DNA of 40,797 nt from a virus. Lineage: Duplodnaviria > Caudoviricetes. A program made the position numbers and the translations under genes. The notes below the pieces were generated by a model. The model worked only from the letters and a program-made list of their open reading frames with translations, did not search any database and was not told the origin of the DNA. Positions 16,429 through 23,603 of this stretch are shown here, piece after piece (position 1 is the first letter of the stretch; each line of letters begins with the position of its first letter). The DNA is taken from positions 1 through 40,797 of IMG/VR virus record IMGVR_UViG_3300035491_000325. One strand, given 5' to 3'.

Positions 16429-16763
16429 TGGACTTCGACTACCTGCTGCGCCTCGGCCAGTTCCTGTTCACCGTCCTGGTGGGCCTGTTTTCGCTGATGG
16501 CGGCGCGCCGGGCGTCATCGAAGGTCGAGGCCGAAGCCCTGGCCCAGCGCCTGGCCGGGCAGGACAACCGGTTGACGGTGCTGGAGCAGCAGATGAAGCA
16601 CCTGCCCACCGGTGACCAGTTCACCGAACTGGCCGGCGAACTGGCCGAGCTGGCTGGCGACATGAAGGCGATCAAGGTCGAGATCGCGGGGGTAACCAAA
16701 GCGCTCGACCCTTTGGCACGCGCCGTTGAGCGCATGAATGAATACCTGTTGAACAACAAGTGA
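16428..16763 (+). CDS. DUF2730-like membrane / coiled-coil protein (Mu gp25-like)
   Basis: TM helix, RLTVLEQQMKHLP and C-terminal YLLNNK; TGATG overlap. Confidence 0.8.
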   Translation: MDFDYLLRLGQFLFTVLVGLFSLMAARRASSKVEAEALAQRLAGQDNRLTVLEQQMKHLPTGDQFTELAGELAELAGDMKAIKVEIAGVTKALDPLARAVERMNEYLLNNK

Positions 16764-16770
16764 GGCTGCA

Positions 16771-17067
16771 ATGAGCACTCAATACGCTGACTATCTCCGC
16801 CAGGATCAGCGCCTGGTGATGCTGCGCATCCTCTCTGAGCTGCCGCAGTACCGGGCAAACTCGTCGGTGATCACCAGCCTACTGGGCGAGTTCGGCCATC
16901 ACCCGAGCCGTGATCAAGTCAAAGCCGAGCTGGTCTGGCTGGGCGAACAGGGCCTGGTGAAGGTGGAAGATATCGGCTCCGTCCTGGTCGTCACCCTGAC
17001 CGAGCGCGGCGCCGACGTGGCTGCTGGCCGCGCTTCGGTACCGGGCGTCAAGAAGCCGGGGCCCTGA
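16771..17067 (+). CDS. Mu gp26-like winged-helix protein
   Basis: RLVMLRILSE, SRDQVKAELVWLGEQGLV, LTERGADVAAGRASVPGVKKP. Confidence 0.85.
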   Translation: MSTQYADYLRQDQRLVMLRILSELPQYRANSSVITSLLGEFGHHPSRDQVKAELVWLGEQGLVKVEDIGSVLVVTLTERGADVAAGRASVPGVKKPGP

Positions 17068-17069
17068 CC

Positions 17070-17618
17070 ATGGCGCGCAAGAGCAGCGTCGACAAGGCGC
17101 GTGATGAGGTTCGCGACCTCATCAACCGCATGTTGCGGGACAACCGGCTGACACTCGACGAGATGCGGGACGTGCTCGAGGAGCAGTTCCCTGGTGAGCA
17201 GGTGCCCAGCCGCACTGCGCTGCACCGCTACCGCAAGGGCTTCGACGAGATCATGCGGCACCACCGCGAGATCCAGGTGGCGAGTGATGCACTGGTGGCC
17301 GAGCTGGGCGAGAACTTCGACGACAAGTCCGGCGCGCTGCTGGCCCAGGCCGTTACGACCCTGGCCACCCGTGCTTCGCATTCCGCCCTGGAGAAGGAAG
17401 AGATCGATATCGGCGACGTGCTCGACCTGACCCGCGCGGCGAAGTACGCCCAAGAGTCCCGCGCGTTGAGCAGGAAGGAGCGCGACGCCGTGGCCAAAGA
17501 GGCGCGCGCCCAGCAGCTCAAGGAGCAGGAAGAGCGCCTAGAGGAACTGCGCGGTACCGATGGCATGAGCGAAGAGTTCGAAGACCGCATCCGCCGCGTA
17601 CTGATGGGTAAAGCCTGA
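17070..17618 (+). CDS. Terminase small subunit (DUF3486 / Mu gp27)
   Basis: MARKSSVDK and PSRTALHRY motifs; lies before the large terminase. Confidence 0.85.
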   Translation: MARKSSVDKARDEVRDLINRMLRDNRLTLDEMRDVLEEQFPGEQVPSRTALHRYRKGFDEIMRHHREIQVASDALVAELGENFDDKSGALLAQAVTTLATRASHSALEKEEIDIGDVLDLTRAAKYAQESRALSRKERDAVAKEARAQQLKEQEERLEELRGTDGMSEEFEDRIRRVLMGKA

Positions 17619-17785
17619 TGGAACTGTTGGCGATTATTGGTTTGCTCTGGATCGGTTGGCTGCTGGGTTGGCGCCATGCCCATTTCACCGTGGCCGCTGA
17701 GTGTGAGCGCCTTGGTGCCTTCTACGTCGGCAAAACCGTTTACCGCTGCACCGCCATCGAGCCGAAGGAAGAGCCCAGTGAGTGA
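17618..17785 (+). CDS. 55-aa membrane protein (not in ORF track)
   Basis: MELLAIIGLLWIGWLLGWRHAHFTVAAECERLGAFYVGKTVYRCTAIEPKEEPSE; TGATG overlap upstream; stop overlaps the terminase start region. Confidence 0.75.
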   Translation: MELLAIIGLLWIGWLLGWRHAHFTVAAECERLGAFYVGKTVYRCTAIEPKEEPSE

Positions 17786-19436
17786 TCCAGAAGCCAAGGC
17801 GCTGAAAGCGCTGACCAAGCCCCGCAAGATCGATCTCGCCGCCGAGCTGGAGCTGCATGGCGTTGTCGTGCCCCAGGACATGGCCGATGCGGTACCAGAG
17901 AAAGAAGGCGTGTTCCTGCCGTACCAGCAGCGATGGTTCGACGACACCAGCCAGATCATGATTGCCGAGAAGTCGCGCCGTACCGGTCTCACCTGGGCCG
18001 AGGCCGGGCGCAACGTCATCAACGCCGCCAAGCCCCGCCGCCGTGGTGGCTGCAATACGTTTTACGTGGGCAGCAAACAGGAGATGGCGCTGGAGTACAT
18101 CGCCGCCTGCGCACTGTTCGCCCGCGCCTTCAACGAGATGGCCCAGGCCGACGTCTACGAGCAGACCTTCTGGGATGATGGGCGCCGAGAGGAGATCCTG
18201 GCGTACATGATCCGCTTCCCGAAGAGCGGCTTCAAAATCCAGGCGCTCAGCTCGCGCCCGAGCAACCTGCGCGGTCTGCAGGGCGACGTGGTGATCGACG
18301 AGGCGGCATTCCATGAATCCCTGGAAGAGCTTCTCAAGGCCGCCCTGGCGCTGACCATGTGGGGCAACAAGGTAAGGCTGATCAGCACCCACAACGGCGT
18401 CGACAACGCCTTCAACAGCTACATCCAGGACGCCCGCGAAGGCCGCAAGGACTACAGCATCCATCGCATCACCCTGGACGATGCCCTGGCCCAGGGGCTG
18501 TACAAGCGCATCTGCTACGTCACCAACCAGGAATGGTCGCCCGAAGCCGAGAAGCAATGGCGCGACAAGCTCTACAAGAACGCCCCCAACATCGAGTCGG
18601 CCGACGAAGAGTACGGCTGCGTACCGAAGAAATCGGGCGGAACCTATCTCAGCCGAGTGCTTATCGAGCAGGCAATGGTCGATGACCACTCCATTCGCAT
18701 CTACCGCTACGAGGCGCCCGAGGGCTTCGAGCAGTGGACGCCTGAAATGCGCGAGGCTGAGATCCGCGCTTGGTGCGAGGAGAACCTGGCGCCCGAGCTG
18801 GCGCGCCTGAACTCGCGCAATCGCCATACCTTTGGTGAAGACTTCGCGCGCCGTGGCGACCTTACGGTGTTCACGCCGCTGCAGATCGATCCGCTGCTGC
18901 GCAAGCGTGTGCCCTTCGAGGTTGAGTTGCGCAACCTCACCTATGAGGCGCAGCGCCAGATCATGTTCTACATCTGCGATCGCCTGCCGCGTCTGTCTGG
19001 CCTGGCGTTCGACGCCACCGGCAACGGCGGGTACCTGGCTGAGCAAGCGGCACTGCGCTATGGCGCCGGCCTGGTCGACCAGGTGCAACTGAACCTCGCC
19101 TGGTATGCCCTGTGGATGCCCAAGCTCAAGGGCGAGCTGGAGGCCTTCAACCTGCAGATCGCCCGCCACCAGACGCGCCTCGACGATCTGCTCTCGATCA
19201 AGGTGGACAATGGCGTGCCCGTGATCGACAAGGGGCGCACCAAGGATCTCCAGGCGCAGGACAGCAAGGCCAAGCGCCACGGAGATAGCGCGGTATCGCT
19301 GGTCATGGCGGTTCGGGCCAGCTTCATGGAAGGCGGCGCCATCGAGTTCACCGCACTGCCACGCCACAGCCGTGGCTTCGACAACGTCGATGACGACGAC
19401 AACGACATCACTCTTCCGGAACCGACAGCATGGTGA
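17778..19436 (+). CDS. Terminase large subunit (Mu gp28-like)
   Basis: LPYQQRW, EKSRRTGLTW, VVIDEAAFH, ISTHNG, GEDFAR, DATGNG and HGDSA motifs; GTG start after AAGGAAG. Confidence 0.93.
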   Translation: MSDPEAKALKALTKPRKIDLAAELELHGVVVPQDMADAVPEKEGVFLPYQQRWFDDTSQIMIAEKSRRTGLTWAEAGRNVINAAKPRRRGGCNTFYVGSKQEMALEYIAACALFARAFNEMAQADVYEQTFWDDGRREEILAYMIRFPKSGFKIQALSSRPSNLRGLQGDVVIDEAAFHESLEELLKAALALTMWGNKVRLISTHNGVDNAFNSYIQDAREGRKDYSIHRITLDDALAQGLYKRICYVTNQEWSPEAEKQWRDKLYKNAPNIESADEEYGCVPKKSGGTYLSRVLIEQAMVDDHSIRIYRYEAPEGFEQWTPEMREAEIRAWCEENLAPELARLNSRNRHTFGEDFARRGDLTVFTPLQIDPLLRKRVPFEVELRNLTYEAQRQIMFYICDRLPRLSGLAFDATGNGGYLAEQAALRYGAGLVDQVQLNLAWYALWMPKLKGELEAFNLQIARHQTRLDDLLSIKVDNGVPVIDKGRTKDLQAQDSKAKRHGDSAVSLVMAVRASFMEGGAIEFTALPRHSRGFDNVDDDDNDITLPEPTAW

Positions 19437-21592
19437 CCACTTCCCGCATCCTGGGCCCCGATGGCCAGCCGATCCAATTGGCCGAGATCCGCGAGCCGCA
19501 GACCGCCCACCTCACCAGCCTGCATCACGAAGTGGGCAATCACCCCTCGCGCGGCCTGACGCCCAGCCGCCTGGCCGCGCTGCTCGATGCCGCCGAGCAA
19601 GGCGATATCGTTGCGCAGTACGAACTGTTCGAAGACATCGAGGAGAAGGACGGCCACGTGTTCGCCGAGATGGGCAAACGCCGCCGCGCCGTGGCTCAGC
19701 TTGAATGGCAGATCGTCCCGCCCGACAACCCCACGGCCAAAGAGAAGGAAGCCGCCGCCGCTCTGGAGAGCCTGCTGGCCGGCCTGGACGACTTCGAGGC
19801 GATGCTGTTCGACGTGACCGACGCCATTGGCAAAGGCTTTGCCTGCCTGGAGTTCGACGGCTGGCACCGCGTCGACGGCGATTGGTTGCCGAAGGGCATC
19901 GATCACCGGCCGCAGACGTGGTTCCAGCTCACCCGTGGCGAACGCCGCCAGGAGATCCGCCTGCGCGGCTCGATGGGTGGCGAGCCGCTGCAGCCGTTTG
20001 GCTGGATCACCCACATCCACAAGGCCAAGAGCGGCTACCTGGAGCGCAGCGCGCTGATGCGTGTGCTGGTGTGGCCGTACCTGTTCAAGAACTACAGCGT
20101 GGGCGACCTGGCCGAGTTCCTGGAGATCTACGGCATCCCCATGCGCGTGGGCAAATACCCAGGCGGCGCGACCCAGAATGAGAAGCTGACCCTGCTGCGC
20201 GCCCTGGCCCAGCTTGGCCACAGCGCTGCAGGCATCATCCCCATCGGCATGGAGATGGAGTTCCTCAATGCCGCCCAGGGCGACCCGGCCGCGTTCAAGC
20301 TGATGATCGACTGGTGCGAGCGCACCCAGAGCAAGGTGATCCTGGGCGGCACGCTCACCAGCGGTACCGGCGAAGGCACCAATACCAACGCCCTGGGCAA
20401 CGTGCACAACGAGGTGCGCCTCGACCTGCGCGACTCCGATGCCAAGCAGTTGGCCGCCACCATCAGCCGTGACCTGGTGTACCCCATCGCCGTGCTCAAT
20501 GGCCTGGTGGACAACTGGAAGCGCTGCCCGCGCCTGGTGTTCCAGATCCAAGAGCCGGAGGACATGAAGGCCTATGCCGACGCCCTGCCGAAGCTGCTCG
20601 GGATGGGCTTCAAGATCGGGCGCCAGTGGGCTCAGGAGAAGGTGGCCATCCCCGAGCCGGCCGAGGGCGAGGATGTGCTGCAGCTGCAGGCCGAGCCGTC
20701 GGCGCCGACGCCACCCGAACCGCCGGCAGTGCGTGCGGCAGCTACCGCACAGAAGCCAGCCACTACCGCTGCAGATCGCCTGGACGACGACCTGCAGCCC
20801 ATCACCGGCCAGTGGATCACGCGGATCCGCCAGCTCGTCGAGCAGGCCGAGAGCCTGGAGCAGATCCGCGATGGCCTGGCCGAGTTGCTGCCCGATATGA
20901 CCCTGGAGCAGTACGCCGAGGCCATGGCCCAGGCGCTGGCTGCTGCTGCCCTGCAGGGGCGCCTGGATATCGTGCAGGAGGCTGCCAGTGGCACACCTCG
21001 CGCGGTCGCATCTAGCTACAATCCATCACAGCCGCGTGTACCAGCGGGGCACCCAGATGGAGGTCAGTGGATGGATGATGGAAGAACGCCGGATGTAGCA
21101 CCGGGATATCAACGGCTATACCACGGCAGCAGCGCGGGCGATGTTGGTGAGGTAAAAGATCAGGGTGTATTCCAAGGGCTGTTCACATCGCCAACTCCTG
21201 GTGCAGCTAAATCACACATCTACTCAGATAAGGGCGCTCTGTATTACACGGACATTGAAGAATCAAAGATTCTGGATACAAGAGCGCTGAACTACGATTT
21301 GGACGCTGATGAAGTCGCGAAGGCCCTGAAATCTTCAATGCGCGTATCAGACGATGACTTTGATGTCGCATGGAGCGCTGTCATCGAGGACTCGAATGTC
21401 TATGACATGGATGAAGAGGAGGTATTGCGGATTTTTCGCGCTGATGATCTCGGCGAGGCCTCTTTCGAGGCGCAACGAATCCGTGGGCAGGTAGCTAAGC
21501 GGCTCGGCTATCAGGCCATCGCCATGGACGATGAGCACGGCACCAGTTATCTGGTACTGCCTGGCGCCAAGATGAAGCGGTACAACCCGTGA
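19430..21592 (+). CDS. Portal protein (DUF935 / Mu gp29) fused to a C-terminal AcrIF11-like ADP-ribosyltransferase domain
   Basis: Residues 1-~520 are portal (FLEIYGIPMRVGKY, SKVILGGTLTS, ALGNVHNEVR). The last ~200 aa are a low-GC in-frame extension. Confidence 0.92.
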   Translation: MVTTSRILGPDGQPIQLAEIREPQTAHLTSLHHEVGNHPSRGLTPSRLAALLDAAEQGDIVAQYELFEDIEEKDGHVFAEMGKRRRAVAQLEWQIVPPDNPTAKEKEAAAALESLLAGLDDFEAMLFDVTDAIGKGFACLEFDGWHRVDGDWLPKGIDHRPQTWFQLTRGERRQEIRLRGSMGGEPLQPFGWITHIHKAKSGYLERSALMRVLVWPYLFKNYSVGDLAEFLEIYGIPMRVGKYPGGATQNEKLTLLRALAQLGHSAAGIIPIGMEMEFLNAAQGDPAAFKLMIDWCERTQSKVILGGTLTSGTGEGTNTNALGNVHNEVRLDLRDSDAKQLAATISRDLVYPIAVLNGLVDNWKRCPRLVFQIQEPEDMKAYADALPKLLGMGFKIGRQWAQEKVAIPEPAEGEDVLQLQAEPSAPTPPEPPAVRAAATAQKPATTAADRLDDDLQPITGQWITRIRQLVEQAESLEQIRDGLAELLPDMTLEQYAEAMAQALAAAALQGRLDIVQEAASGTPRAVASSYNPSQPRVPAGHPDGGQWMDDGRTPDVAPGYQRLYHGSSAGDVGEVKDQGVFQGLFTSPTPGAAKSHIYSDKGALYYTDIEESKILDTRALNYDLDADEVAKALKSSMRVSDDDFDVAWSAVIEDSNVYDMDEEEVLRIFRADDLGEASFEAQRIRGQVAKRLGYQAIAMDDEHGTSYLVLPGAKMKRYNP
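21110..21592 (+). other. acrIF11: AcrIF11-like anti-CRISPR ADP-ribosyltransferase domain (part of the portal ORF)
   Basis: LYHGS, GVFQGLF, AKSH, ALNYDL and QRIRGQVAKRLGYQAIAMDDEHGTSYLVLPG match, in order, the recalled AcrIF11 motifs LFHGS, GVFGGLF, ALSH, ALNYEI and QRLRGVLAVRLGYTSVEMEDEHGTTWLCLPG. Confidence 0.85.
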
Positions 21593-22815
21593 TTAGCGCC
21601 ACGTCGCTGCCGTTCCGCGAGCAGAACGAGTTCCTGCGCCGCAAACTCAACCTGCCTACCAACGGCTGGACGGACGTATACGGCCGCGAGAACGACTATG
21701 CATTCGTGGTGGCCGGCGCCAATCGCAACGACCTGGTGGCGGATTTTCACCAGGCTGTGCAGCGGGCGATCGAGGGCGGCACCACCCTGGAAGCGTTCCG
21801 CCAGGACTTCGACCGCATCGTCGCCAAGTACGGCTGGAGCTACAACGGCGGCCGCAACTGGCGCTCGCGGGTGATCTACGAGACCAACCTGCGCAGCAGC
21901 TATATGGCGGGCCGCTATGAGCAGCTGCTGGCCGTGCGTGAGGAGCGCCCTTACTGGCAGTACCTGCACAGCGATGCAGTGGAGTTCCCGCGTGAGAAGC
22001 ACGAGGCCTGGAACGGCATGGTGCTGCGCTGGGATGACCCGTGGTGGCAGTACCACTTCCCGGTCAACGCCTGGGGCTGCCAGTGCGGCGTGCGGGCGCT
22101 GAGCTATGACGACCTGGTGCGCATGGGCAAAACCGGCCCGGACACGGCGCCGCCGATCATCTTCGAGCAACGCACCATCGGCCAGCGCAGCCCGCAAGGC
22201 TCGCGCACGGTGACGGTACCTGTGGGTATCGACCCCGGCTTCGAGCACATCCCTGGCCAGTCGCGGCTGGCCAGCCAGGTGCCGGTACCGCGCCTGGGCG
22301 AGGAGCTGATCCCGTCCGCCGCGCCTGGCCTGCCGAACCGCCCGGCACCGGATGCGCTGCCGGCACCGCGCGTGATCGACCCCGAGACCCTGCCGCCTGC
22401 AGGCATGACCGATGCCGAATATGCCCGCCGTGCGCTTGATGCGTTCGGCGCGCAGCTTGATGCCGCCGAGCTGGTGACCGACGTCCTGGGCGAGCGCATT
22501 GCGGTCGGCCCGAGCATGTTCCAGCAACCTAACGGCACCCCAGCCGTGCAGGGTCAGGGCGAGCTGCTGCCGCTGCTGGCGGAAACGCTGTTGCAGCCAG
22601 ACGAGATCTGGACGCGCCTGGAGTACTCCGAGGCGGTGGGCAAATCGCAGGTGCTGCGCCGCTACCTGGGGCGCTTCAACTTGGGCCAGCAACTGACCCA
22701 ACTGGTGGTCATCGAGCTGGCCGGCAACGCCTGGAGCTGGGACATCGAGGCGGACGGCGCAGGTGTCGTCGAGCTGCTGCGCCAGGGCGTGCGCCTGTAC
22801 CGGCGCGAGGACTGA
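21589..22815 (+). CDS. Mu gpF-like head morphogenesis protein (MuF) with a C-terminal PBECR-like extension
   Basis: IYETNLRSSYMAGRY, PYWQY, HEAWNG and PVNAWGCQC; C-terminal LAETLLQPDEIW..RRYL. Confidence 0.9.
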   Translation: MISATSLPFREQNEFLRRKLNLPTNGWTDVYGRENDYAFVVAGANRNDLVADFHQAVQRAIEGGTTLEAFRQDFDRIVAKYGWSYNGGRNWRSRVIYETNLRSSYMAGRYEQLLAVREERPYWQYLHSDAVEFPREKHEAWNGMVLRWDDPWWQYHFPVNAWGCQCGVRALSYDDLVRMGKTGPDTAPPIIFEQRTIGQRSPQGSRTVTVPVGIDPGFEHIPGQSRLASQVPVPRLGEELIPSAAPGLPNRPAPDALPAPRVIDPETLPPAGMTDAEYARRALDAFGAQLDAAELVTDVLGERIAVGPSMFQQPNGTPAVQGQGELLPLLAETLLQPDEIWTRLEYSEAVGKSQVLRRYLGRFNLGQQLTQLVVIELAGNAWSWDIEADGAGVVELLRQGVRLYRRED

Positions 22816-22817
22816 CC

Positions 22818-23390
22818 ATGGCCGGTGTTACGCTTGAGTTCGATGCGGTTGGGGCATTGGCCATCATCAATGAGGCTGCAGCCGCAACGGCAAACCCTGC
22901 TGCCATGCTGCGTAACATGGGTGAATACCTGGCCTTCCAGGCATTACCCAGTCGCTTCGCCAGTCAGTCATCGCCGGATGGCACGCCCTGGCAGGCGCTG
23001 TCGCCGGCATACCTCAAGCGCAAGAAGAACAAGGACAAGATCCTGGTGCTCGATGGCTCACTGAGTAACGGGCTCAGATTCCAGGTCGTGGGTGGCGATC
23101 TGCTGGTGGGCACCAATATGGTCTATGGAGCGATTCATCACTTCGGTGGTGACATCGACATTGCCGCCCGCAGTCAGCAGGCCTACTTCCGCCAGGATGG
23201 CCGGAGTGGTGAAGTGGGCAGCAAGTTCGTCAGCAAGAGTCGTAGCAACTTTTCCCAGTCGGTCACCATCGGTGCCTACACCATCCAGATACCTGCACGC
23301 CCCTGGTTGGGTGTCAGCGACGATGACACCTATGAGTTGATCAACATCGCGATGAAGTACCTGATGCCAGGCGTTTGGGGCGGAGGCTGA
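22818..23390 (+). CDS. Virion morphogenesis protein (Mu gpG family)
   Basis: RFASQSSPDGTPWQALS, VGTNMVYGAIHHFGG, IPARPWLG. Confidence 0.9.
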   Translation: MAGVTLEFDAVGALAIINEAAAATANPAAMLRNMGEYLAFQALPSRFASQSSPDGTPWQALSPAYLKRKKNKDKILVLDGSLSNGLRFQVVGGDLLVGTNMVYGAIHHFGGDIDIAARSQQAYFRQDGRSGEVGSKFVSKSRSNFSQSVTIGAYTIQIPARPWLGVSDDDTYELINIAMKYLMPGVWGGG

Positions 23391-23552
23391 AAACGGCCCA
23401 GGAAGGCCCCTGGAGGCGTTTGGGGGCTGCCGTTGTATGCGTACGGGCGCCTCTGGCCGTTTCTGGGGCTGTTTGGGCGTTTATAAACACGGTAGGTGGG
23501 GTGGCAGTGACTCACCGGCGCACGTATCGCCGCAAAACTCCCCGCTGAAAGA

Positions 23553-23597
23553 TTTTTGCCCCGTCAAAATTACTTGCCCGGCCTGCAGCGCCAAGCT
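23553..23597 (+). promoter_or_regulatory. Late promoter box 2 (head operon)
   Basis: TTTTTGCCCCGTCAAAATTAC-N18-CAAGCT. Confidence 0.7.
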
Positions 23598-23603
23598 GCC
23601 GGC

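Noticed and set aside
17637-17777. ORF-track N-terminal extension of the large terminase (similar over-extended starts at 3086, 4518, 5589, 10857, 12240, 14812, 23556)
   Set aside because: Downstream starts with an RBS or stop/start overlaps fit better, and the extensions overlap other genes or promoters.
20988-21098. 36-codon ORF with a strong SD inside the portal extension
   Set aside because: Best explained as the relic gpF start left behind by the insertion, not as a gene.
20994-21591. Intein, intron or IS as the explanation for the portal insertion
   Set aside because: No intein C/S...HN termini, no splice-type structure, no transposase or terminal inverted repeats, and the insert is C-terminal rather than internal.
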